From: Candidatus Omnitrophota bacterium
Lineage (GTDB): Bacteria; Omnitrophota; Gorgyraeia; Aquiviventales; Aquiviventaceae
DNA: 64,000 bases
Assembly: GCA_016198905.1 (NCBI GenBank)
Contig: JACQHR010000004.1
Coordinates: 3,485-67,484, forward strand
Reading direction: 5' to 3'
The translations under genes and the position numbers were made by a program. This document shows positions 13,545-22,407 of this stretch, one piece after another. Below the pieces are notes generated by a model that was given only the letters and a program-made list of their open reading frames with translations, searched no databases and had not been told where the DNA came from. Numbering within the stretch: position 1 is the stretch's first letter; the number at the start of each line of letters is the position of its first letter.

Positions 13545-13708
13545 GCTCCGTCGAAAACCTCTTCCGATCGCTATCGGGGCCACGGGGCCTGCCCCGGCGC
13601 CACCCTGCGCCGTCCTCGCCCAGCGACTATCGCGCTGGTTCTGCGGGCGACGCAGGGGACCCGTCGCCGGGTCACCCGTGGCCCACGAGCGAGCTTTTCG
13701 ACAGAGCA
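13545..13708. repeat. GC-rich palindromic element copy B, flanked by an 11-bp direct repeat
   Basis: Imperfect terminal inverted repeats GCTCCGTCGAAAA (13545-13557) and TTTTCGACAGAGC (13695-13707). Identical GGGACGGTTCT at 13534-13544 and 13709-13719. The interior shares blocks (GCGCCACCC, CGTCCTCGCC, ACTATCG, GGGCGA) with the copy at 33324-33443. Confidence 0.6.
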
Positions 13709-13776
13709 GGGACGGTTCTCAATTCTTGGGTCTTGAGTCTTGTGTCTTGAGTCCCACTCCTGAAGTCTGAGGTCTG

Positions 13777-15096
13777 ATGTCTGAGCGAATCAATTTTGAT
13801 TACGGAGCAAGCACGCCGATCGTGCCCGACGTGAAGCAGGCGATGATGGCGGCCCTCGATGCGGGGGGCAACCCGTCGTCGGTGCATCAGCGAGGGCAGC
13901 AGGCCAAACGCCTCCTTACGCAGGCACGCAAGCAGGTCGCGTCACTGATTAACGCGAAGCCTGAGGAACTCTATTTCACTTCGTGCGGCACTGAGTCGAA
14001 CAATTGGGCGCTGCGCGGGCTCTTCGCTGCGAACACCCCGCCTGCCCTTCGGCAACTGTCGGGGCAGGAGCGCAAGGGCAAGCATTTGATTGTTTCCGCC
14101 ATCGAGCATCCATCCATCTCCTTGATCGCTCGCCGGCTCGAGCTCGACGGCGCATATGTGACAATTCTTCCGGTTGATCGCGAAGGATGCGTGTCGCCCG
14201 GCGATCTCAAAGCTGCGATGAAACCCGATACCGTCCTCGTCTCGATCATGCTGGCCAACGGGGAAGTCGGCACGATCGAGCCGATTCACGAGCTCGCGGC
14301 CATCGCGCATGAGCAGGGAGCACTGTTTCATACCGATGCGATCGCGGCCGTCGGATCGATTCCCGTCGATGTGAAGGCGCTCAACGTCGATGCGCTCAGC
14401 CTTGCCGCGGATCAGTTCGGCGGGCCGCAAGGGGCTGCGGCGCTGTTTGTGCGCGAAGGTGTGCGCATCTTGCCGCTGCTCGAAGGCGGCGGGCAAGAAG
14501 TTGGCGCGCGCTCCGGCACCGAGTCACTGCCGGCCATTGTCGGCATGGGTATCGCAGCTGAGATCGCGCAACAAGGTCTTCCGGAGCGTATCGAGCAGCT
14601 GAGCCAACTGCGGGATCGACTGCAGGACGGACTTAATCAACGTATTGAGGGATTACGGATCAATGGTCCATCTGATATTCGGCGGGTGGCGCGGCGCGGG
14701 GCTCCCCAGCCGCCCGCAGCCGACGACGCCGATAGTGCGGCGCGGCGAGGACGGATGGGGTGCGCCGCGACAGGACCCGCCGAAGGCGATGATGAGATGC
14801 ACAGACGACTACCGCACAATCTCCATGTGTGCATTGACGGTGTGGCGAGCGAAGCACTGGTCCTCGGATTGGATCATGCCGGCATCGCCGTCGGTCTTGG
14901 CTCGGCCTGCAACTCGAAAGCGATGCGCCCATCCCATGTGCTGAAGGCGATGGGACTGACCGATGAGCAAGCCAAAGGCGCGCTCGTGTTGACCGTGGGC
15001 GAGCCGACGACCGAGGACGACATTGATCGCGCATTGGAAATCATCCCAGTCGTGGTACAGCGCTTGCGAAACGTTACTGCATTGACAGCTCGGTAG
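13777..15096 (+). CDS. Class V aminotransferase / cysteine desulfurase (NifS/IscS)-like protein with degenerate PLP site and an internal repeat insertion
   Basis: Colinear with IscS/NifS (TSCGTESNN, SAIEHPS, GGGQEVGARSGTE, GLGSACNS active-site Cys loop). The SxHK PLP-lysine motif reads LAADQ, and DATQS reads DAIAA. Confidence 0.8.
   Translation: MSERINFDYGASTPIVPDVKQAMMAALDAGGNPSSVHQRGQQAKRLLTQARKQVASLINAKPEELYFTSCGTESNNWALRGLFAANTPPALRQLSGQERKGKHLIVSAIEHPSISLIARRLELDGAYVTILPVDREGCVSPGDLKAAMKPDTVLVSIMLANGEVGTIEPIHELAAIAHEQGALFHTDAIAAVGSIPVDVKALNVDALSLAADQFGGPQGAAALFVREGVRILPLLEGGGQEVGARSGTESLPAIVGMGIAAEIAQQGLPERIEQLSQLRDRLQDGLNQRIEGLRINGPSDIRRVARRGAPQPPAADDADSAARRGRMGCAATGPAEGDDEMHRRLPHNLHVCIDGVASEALVLGLDHAGIAVGLGSACNSKAMRPSHVLKAMGLTDEQAKGALVLTVGEPTTEDDIDRALEIIPVVVQRLRNVTALTAR
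14679..14783. repeat. GC-rich palindromic element copy C, inserted in frame (105 bp) within the NifS-like CDS
   Basis: Termini TCGGCGGGT (14679-14687) and ACCCGCCGA (14775-14783) are reverse complements. A 36-nt core at 14718-14753 is the exact reverse complement of 33362-33397. Confidence 0.7.
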
Positions 15097-15104
15097 GGAG
15101 GGGT

Positions 15105-15248
15105 GGCAGGGCAATGGTGGAGCCGGACGTCTGGAGGGCCGAGCGGCCATGGTCCCCCGCCAGAGGCGGGGGGAGCGAGGCCCGGAAGCCGAGCGAAGGA
15201 CCGCCACGGTGGGGCGGGCCGAGCGTTCCGGCGGAACCATGCCCTGAC
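15105..15248. repeat. GC-rich imperfect palindrome in the NifS-like/apgM intergenic region
   Basis: Arms GGCAGGGCAATGGTGGAGCCGGACG and CGTTCCGGCGGAACCATGCCCTGAC are near reverse complements. There is an internal CCCCCGCC-AGAG-GCGGGGGG hairpin. Boundaries approximate. Confidence 0.45.
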
Positions 15249-15269
15249 AGGCCCCCGACCATCTGAATC

Positions 15270-16481
15270 ATGAAGTATATTATTGTTCTTCCTGATGGCG
15301 TGGCGGATGTGCCGATCAAAGAGCTCGGCGGTAAGACTCCGTTGGAAGTTGCCAAACATCTGAATCTCGATTGGATCGCGCGCGAGGGCACAACCGGCTG
15401 GGCGCACACGATTCCATCTGGGTTTGCGCCGGGCTCGGACGTCGGCTGCATGAGTGTGTTCGGCTACGATCCGCGCAAATATCACACGGGTCGAGCCCCG
15501 CTCGAAGCCGCCGCACAGGGTATTCTGTTGAAGCCCGGCCAAGTGGCCTTTCGCTGCAACACGCTGACCGTCGAGAACGGCAGGATGATCGATCACTCCG
15601 CGGATCACATCACGAGCGAAGAATCCGCGCAGCTCATCAAGACGATCAGCGACCGGCTTGGCAGCGACGAGGTCCGCTACATCGCCGGCGTGAGCTACCG
15701 GCATCTGACGATCATTGACGGCGCAGAGTTCGCCAAGACCGAATGTACGCCACCGCACGATATCCTCGATAAGCGCATTGACGAGTATCTGCCGAAGGGT
15801 CCAGGATCCAACGTCTTGCGCCGGCACATGGAGCAATCGACGGCCATCCTCAAGGACCATCCCGTGAACCGCGAGCGCATCAAGCAGGGCAAACGCCCGG
15901 CGACGATGACATGGTTCTGGGGTCAGGGCACCGCGGTGAGTTTTCCGCCGTTTCAGCAGGCGTACGGCAAGAAGGCCGCGTGCATCAGCGCCGTCGACAT
16001 CGTGCGCGGCATCGGCACACTCGCGAGCATGGAGATCCTCAAAGTGCCGGGCATCACAGGCTACTTCGATACGAACTACGAAGGCAAAGCCGACTATGCG
16101 CTCAACGCCTTGGATGAAGGCTGCGATCTCGTGGTCGTGCACGTCGAATCCACCGACGAAGCCGGTCACATGGGCGATGTGCGGAAGAAGATTCAGGCAA
16201 TTGAAGACGTCGATCGCCGGCTCGTGGGCCGGTTGCTCGAGGGGTTGAAGCAGCGCAACGAGCCGTACGCGATCATGGTCGTGCCGGATCATCCCACGAG
16301 TGTGGCGATTCGCACGCATATCGCCGAGCCGGTTCCCTTCGCCATCTACGCGACGAATGGCGCCAAAGACGCCGTGACCGCGTATAATGAAACGGCGATC
16401 AAGGCCTCAGCCACACGATTTGAAGAAGGTTTTCAGCTGATGTCCTTCTTCCTCGTACCGGGTACCAAGGGGACAGGTTGA
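15270..16481 (+). CDS. apgM: Cofactor-independent phosphoglycerate mutase, archaeal-type (ApgM family)
   Basis: 403 aa. N-terminus MKYIIVLPDGVAD...GKTPLE, metal-site motifs, and HVESTDEAGHMGD and VVPDHPT resemble ApgM / alkaline-phosphatase superfamily mutases. Confidence 0.8.
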   Translation: MKYIIVLPDGVADVPIKELGGKTPLEVAKHLNLDWIAREGTTGWAHTIPSGFAPGSDVGCMSVFGYDPRKYHTGRAPLEAAAQGILLKPGQVAFRCNTLTVENGRMIDHSADHITSEESAQLIKTISDRLGSDEVRYIAGVSYRHLTIIDGAEFAKTECTPPHDILDKRIDEYLPKGPGSNVLRRHMEQSTAILKDHPVNRERIKQGKRPATMTWFWGQGTAVSFPPFQQAYGKKAACISAVDIVRGIGTLASMEILKVPGITGYFDTNYEGKADYALNALDEGCDLVVVHVESTDEAGHMGDVRKKIQAIEDVDRRLVGRLLEGLKQRNEPYAIMVVPDHPTSVAIRTHIAEPVPFAIYATNGAKDAVTAYNETAIKASATRFEEGFQLMSFFLVPGTKGTG

Positions 16482-16611
16482 AGCGTGTGCCAGGGGGCGA
16501 TTTCCGCGAAACCGGCGCGGGTGGAGATGAGGTGGCTCGAGAGATGACCCGTGGGTGAGCCAATATTTCGGTCAAAAGCCCAACCACGCAAAGCGGTACG
16601 TGTCCCTTTGG

Positions 16612-16755
16612 AACCCGGTACCTTACAATGCAACCGGCGGCCCCAAAGATGCCGCGACATCGTATAATGAATCTGCCATCAAGGCTTCACGCCTCCGATT
16701 TGAACAAGGGTACGCCCTGATGGCGACGTTTCTCGCATCCAAGCCCAATAACTGA
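16612..16755 (+). pseudogene. Relic duplicate of the apgM 3' end (C-terminal ~45 codons only)
   Basis: The peptide NPVPYNATGGPKDAATSYNESAIKASRLRFEQGYALMATFLA aligns with the intact ApgM C-terminus EPVPFAIYATNGAKDAVTAYNETAIKASATRFEEGFQLMSFFLV. DNA similarity is visible. No upstream homologous coding sequence. Confidence 0.6.
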
Positions 16756-16769
16756 CGAGCAACACACAC

Positions 16770-17366
16770 ATGCGATTCCGATTGGGCTCTCTGGCACTTG
16801 GCGTATACTGGTTTCTTCCTGTCCTGGTGGCTGGGGAGGTGCTCGACAACCGTGCGTTATTGCGGGAAGATCCCGCCGCCATCGTGGGAGGCGTCATCAG
16901 TGAGATTCAAATAGTTCGTACTCGGATGAAATATGAAGGAATGAGCGAGACCATGGTAAGAATCCTCGAGTTCCCCGAGCATATCCTTGTCCTACAGACA
17001 GACGGTGAGGGGGTCGTCGAATCGACGCTGTCGCGCGAAGTCTATGAGCAACTGTGGGCGGATCTTGAACAGCGCGGATTGTGGCAACTGAGGGCATCCT
17101 CAGCGGATCTGTTTAGTCATTCGAGCAAATTCGTGGTCACTGCACGACGGGGCGAGCAGCGCGCCGAATTCACGGCACAATATCCACCGCTGCTGATTCC
17201 ATCCGAGCCACTTGCCGCATCGGATCAGCGGGCGGCAATGATTCGCACTATCGCCGTGGCGACAGGCTGGATTGACCGGGGAGATGGGCTTTATCCTTCT
17301 CCGGGAAGCTATACGGTCTTTGGAGGTGTGGATTCTGGCGAACAAGAGACTCGCGCAGCACCGTAA
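16770..17366 (+). CDS. Hypothetical secreted protein
   Basis: ATG start. Signal-like N-terminus MRFRLGSLALGVYWFLPVLVAGE. No recognised domain. Confidence 0.5.
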   Translation: MRFRLGSLALGVYWFLPVLVAGEVLDNRALLREDPAAIVGGVISEIQIVRTRMKYEGMSETMVRILEFPEHILVLQTDGEGVVESTLSREVYEQLWADLEQRGLWQLRASSADLFSHSSKFVVTARRGEQRAEFTAQYPPLLIPSEPLAASDQRAAMIRTIAVATGWIDRGDGLYPSPGSYTVFGGVDSGEQETRAAP

Positions 17367-17429
17367 GAGATGTCCCTCGGTACTCAAAGACGCAGGTACG
17401 CAGACACGTGTTCGTAAGAAGGAGGCTTG

Positions 17430-18950
17430 ATGCGGATTACGGTTCGGGCGGGGCAGGTAGGGCACATACGTCAGGGGCTTCAGGTCTATGGGGCGCTGGA
17501 GGGTGATCGGCATCCGGAGCGGTTGCTGCCGGCCTCATCGGCACGTGATCAACAGCTCAAACAGCTTGTGACCGGCTCGGGATTCCGCGGCGCTCCCAAC
17601 GAGATCGTGCTCTTGCCGAAGGGCACACAGTGGGTGCTGGTGGTCGGTCTTGGGAAAGCCAAAGAGCTTTCCATCGAAAAGATACGGCAGTGTGCCGGCA
17701 CGGCGGCCCGCACCGCGCGCGCTCAGGGCTTTACGGCGGTGACGCTGCCAGTGATCGTCGAGCGCGGTTTGGGGCCGGTCGAGGTGATGGCGCAAGCCAG
17801 CGCCGAAGGGGCGCTGCTGGGGCTGTACCGCTATGACAAGCTCAAGCAGCTCTCCAAACATGAGCAGAGCCGGCGCATCGAGGCGATCACGCTCGTCGTC
17901 GAACAATCGGGTGATCTCGGCGCGGCCAAGCACGGCGCGCACAAGGGGCAGGTGATCGCCGAGGCGGTGTCGCTCGCGCGCGACCTCATCAACGGCCCAT
18001 CGAATCTCGTGACCCCGACAGTCCTCGCAGACGAAGCGAGAAAGATCGCCAAACAGTTTCGGTTGAAGTGCACCGTCATTCCTTTCGCGCGCTTGAAGCA
18101 GTTGGGATTTGGCGGCATCGTCGGTGTCGCGCAGGGAGCGTCGCACCCGGCGCAGTTTATCGTTCTCGAATACAAGCCGGCGCCTCGGCCCGCCGGTCGT
18201 AATCGCCGGGGCGGGCGCGCGACCAAGACGTATGCGCTCTGCGGCAAAGGTATTACGTTTGACACCGGGGGGATCAACATCAAGCCCTCGGCGAAGATGG
18301 AGCTGATGAAGTACGACATGGCGGGTGCTGCGGCGGTGCTCGGCACCATAAAAGCGGCAGCGACGCTGAAATTGCCGGTGCGCATCATCGGGATCATTGC
18401 GGCGACGGACAACATGCCCTCGGGCAGCGCGCAGAAGCCGGGCGATGTCTTGACGACGCTCTCCGGCAAGACCGTCGAGGTGCTCAACACCGACGCCGAA
18501 GGGCGATTGGTACTCACCGATTGTTTGCATTACGCCAAGCGCTTCAAGCCGGACTACACGATCGATCTGGCGACGCTGACCGGCGCGTGCGTGATCGCAC
18601 TGGGCAGCGAAGCGGTCGGGTTGATGGGCAACGATGAGAAACTTGCCGAGCGCATCACGAAGGCCGGTGAGCAGACGCACGAGCGCGTCTGGCGCTTGCC
18701 GATGTGGGAGGAATATGGCGGCCAGCTCATCAAGTCGGACATCGCGGATCTGCGCAACGTGACGAACACCGGCGAGGCGGGAACCATCACGGCGGCAAAA
18801 TTCCTCGAAGCCTTCGTTGAGGGCATGCACTGGGCGCATCTTGATATCGCCGGCACCGCGTGGAGTGACAAGCCAAAGCCGTACATCCCGAAAGGGGCCG
18901 TCGGCATCGGCGTGCGGCTCCTCATCGAATTGATGGAGAAGGGAAAGTAA
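17430..18950 (+). CDS. pepA: Leucyl aminopeptidase (M17 family)
   Basis: AAGGAGG RBS. Motifs GKGITFDTGGINIKP, YDMAGAAAV, NTDAEGRLVLTD and DLATLTGA are the M17 active-site signatures. Confidence 0.9.
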   Translation: MRITVRAGQVGHIRQGLQVYGALEGDRHPERLLPASSARDQQLKQLVTGSGFRGAPNEIVLLPKGTQWVLVVGLGKAKELSIEKIRQCAGTAARTARAQGFTAVTLPVIVERGLGPVEVMAQASAEGALLGLYRYDKLKQLSKHEQSRRIEAITLVVEQSGDLGAAKHGAHKGQVIAEAVSLARDLINGPSNLVTPTVLADEARKIAKQFRLKCTVIPFARLKQLGFGGIVGVAQGASHPAQFIVLEYKPAPRPAGRNRRGGRATKTYALCGKGITFDTGGINIKPSAKMELMKYDMAGAAAVLGTIKAAATLKLPVRIIGIIAATDNMPSGSAQKPGDVLTTLSGKTVEVLNTDAEGRLVLTDCLHYAKRFKPDYTIDLATLTGACVIALGSEAVGLMGNDEKLAERITKAGEQTHERVWRLPMWEEYGGQLIKSDIADLRNVTNTGEAGTITAAKFLEAFVEGMHWAHLDIAGTAWSDKPKPYIPKGAVGIGVRLLIELMEKGK

Positions 18951-18964
18951 AAGAGATTTGGCGC

Positions 18965-19056
18965 GTGGGGCGGGAGACGCGGTGGACGAGCGAGTGGGAG
19001 GATCCACACCGGGCGGAGGGGCCCACGAGCTGGACACCGCGGCAGGCCCCGCCCCC
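18965..19056. repeat. GC-rich imperfect palindrome in the pepA/folE intergenic region
   Basis: GTGGGGCGGGAGACGCGGTG ... CACCGCGGCAGGCCCCGCCCC arms. Shares the GCCCACGAGC block with copy B. Boundaries approximate. Confidence 0.45.
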
Positions 19057-19093
19057 TTGTAGTCATCGTTGATAACTGTCATCGAGGTGGAGC

Positions 19094-19711
19094 ATGCCAA
19101 GTACCGACGATGAATTGAGGAAACTCAAGCAAGTCCTGGAGATTCCCGCGGGCAAGGAATGGGAATCGACGGTGCGGCTGCTCCTGCATCTCATGGGAGA
19201 GAATCCCTCGAGAGAAGGGTTGCGCCGCACGCCGCTGCGCGTCAAGCAAGCGCTGCAGTTCTTTACCTCCGGCTACCGGCAAGATCCCGCCAAGATCCTC
19301 AACCGTTCGTTTGACGTGAAGCAGGATGAGATGGTGGTGGTCAAGGACATTGACTTCTTTTCCTTGTGTGAACATCATCTCCTGCCGTTCTTCGGCAAAT
19401 GTCATGTCGCCTACATGCCCAATCAAAAGATCTTGGGCCTCAGCAAAATCCCGCGTTTGGTCGACGTATTCTCCCGTCGGTTGCAGGTTCAAGAACGCCT
19501 GACCGTGCAGATCGCCGAGGCGATCAATGTGCATCTGAAGCCTCTTGGGGTGGCCTGCGTCATGGAGGCCAGCCACCTGTGCATGATGATGCGCGGCGTC
19601 CAGAAGCAGAACGCGAAAGCCGTCACCAGCTCCATGCTGGGGGTCTTCCGCTCTAGCGAAAAAACCCGCGCGGAATTTCTGACGCTCATCCGCTCCAGCC
19701 TCGTCGGGTAG
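19094..19711 (+). CDS. folE: GTP cyclohydrolase I
   Basis: Motifs [11 protein letters not shown] and [22 protein letters not shown], with QERLT downstream, are typical of FolE. Confidence 0.9.
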   Translation: MPSTDDELRKLKQVLEIPAGKEWESTVRLLLHLMGENPSREGLRRTPLRVKQALQFFTSGYRQDPAKILNRSFDVKQDEMVVVKDIDFFSLCEHHLLPFFGKCHVAYMPNQKILGLSKIPRLVDVFSRRLQVQERLTVQIAEAINVHLKPLGVACVMEASHLCMMMRGVQKQNAKAVTSSMLGVFRSSEKTRAEFLTLIRSSLVG

Positions 19712-21127
<1,416 letters not shown>

Positions 21128-21176
21128 TGGTGCACTGCGTGCTGTGTTCGAATGCCATCAACGGGGGTTGAACAGC

Positions 21177-21413
21177 ATGGAAATCGAGAAGAAGCTCGCC
21201 AAGCACTTGAAGAAACTGAACAAGGCCATCCAGAAGGTCGTCGCAAAATCTCCGGACTTCGGGGAGTTGCGCAAGCTGTTGCGCGAAGAGCAGGTCGAGC
21301 TGGCGATTTACGTCGTCCCGCTCATCGGGGGCAAGCCGGCGACCGAAGACTTGCGCTTTGAGTTGACTGAGTCGGACAAGTCGTTCCTCAAGAAGGCCGG
21401 CATTCGGTTTTAG
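21177..21413 (+). CDS. Hypothetical 78-aa protein
   Basis: ATG inside track ORF 20883..21413, downstream of the thiC stop. Lys/Glu-rich helical N-terminus. No recognised motif. Confidence 0.4.
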   Translation: MEIEKKLAKHLKKLNKAIQKVVAKSPDFGELRKLLREEQVELAIYVVPLIGGKPATEDLRFELTESDKSFLKKAGIRF

Positions 21414-21464
21414 TCTCCGGCCCAACCGATCACCGCAGCCCCCTCAACATAAAGGAGTGGACGC

Positions 21465-22397
21465 ATGTCAAAGCGACCGTTAACCCTTGAAGACCTCGAT
21501 CTCTCGATCGGGAAGCGAACCCGCTTGCACCGGCTCCTCTATAAGTACGGGCCGGGCAATGGCCGATTGATGATCTTGCCCATCGACCAGGGGCTCGAGC
21601 ATGGGCCGCGGGATTTCTTCGTGAATCCCGAGAGCCTCAATCCCGAGTTTCAATTGCGGCTTGCCCTTGAAGGCGGCTTCTCCGGCATCGCGTTTCAAAT
21701 TGGACTCGCGGAGAAGTATCTGAGAACCTTCGCCGGAAAAGTTCCGCTCATCCTCAAGATCAACGGCAAGACCGAAGTGCCCCCGGACGACGACGCCTTC
21801 TCGCCGTGCAACGCCTCGGTCGAGGATGCCGTTCGACTTGGCGCCGATGCCGTCGGCTACACGTGTTACGTCGGCTCGCCGCGCCAGGACGATGACTTCA
21901 TCCAATTCGGCAAGGTGCGCCGTGACGCGGAGCGCGCCGGCCTTCCGGTGATCATGTGGGCCTACCCGCGCGGCAAATTCATGGACGCGCGCGGCGGCAA
22001 AGAGAGCCTCTACGCCGTCGATTACGCCGCCCGCGTCGCTCAGGAATTAGGCGCTGACGTTGTGAAGGTGAATTACCCGAAGGTTGATGAAGAGAAGCGC
22101 GCGCAGTATCCCAAGGAGTACCGGGAGCTGAAGCTGTCGAAGCGCGAGATGTTGGAGAAAGTCGTCGCCTCGGCCGGCAAGACGCTGACGCTGATGTCCG
22201 GCGGCTCGAAGCGGACGGACGCAGAGTTGTACGATGACGTGAGGGCCGCCCTCGAAGCGGGGGTGACCGGTTTTATTTTCGGGCGCAACATGTGGCAGCG
22301 GCGGTTCGGCGAAGCGCTCGAGGTGGCCGGCAAGATCACCAAGATGACGCACGAGGTGAGCCGTCCGGTCGCCAGCGGCAAGGCCGCGTTGGTGTAA
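21465..22397 (+). CDS. Class I fructose-bisphosphate aldolase (DhnA/FbaB, archaeal-type family)
   Basis: Motifs LMILPIDQGLEHGP, ADAVGYTCYVGS and VVKVNYP (Schiff-base Lys region) are typical of DhnA-type class I aldolases. Confidence 0.8.
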   Translation: MSKRPLTLEDLDLSIGKRTRLHRLLYKYGPGNGRLMILPIDQGLEHGPRDFFVNPESLNPEFQLRLALEGGFSGIAFQIGLAEKYLRTFAGKVPLILKINGKTEVPPDDDAFSPCNASVEDAVRLGADAVGYTCYVGSPRQDDDFIQFGKVRRDAERAGLPVIMWAYPRGKFMDARGGKESLYAVDYAARVAQELGADVVKVNYPKVDEEKRAQYPKEYRELKLSKREMLEKVVASAGKTLTLMSGGSKRTDAELYDDVRAALEAGVTGFIFGRNMWQRRFGEALEVAGKITKMTHEVSRPVASGKAALV

Positions 22398-22407
22398 CGA
22401 AGCGACG

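Noticed and set aside
14874-16319. 481-aa minus-strand ORF, opposite the NifS-like 3' end and apgM.
   Set aside because: It is a shadow ORF. The plus strand encodes recognisable ApgM and NifS-like proteins, and the antisense peptide has no motifs and a skewed composition.
17535-19100. 521-aa ORF on the minus strand, opposite pepA.
   Set aside because: The plus-strand frame carries unmistakable M17 aminopeptidase motifs. The antisense product is Arg/Ala/Gly/Pro-rich low-complexity sequence typical of shadow ORFs in high-GC DNA.
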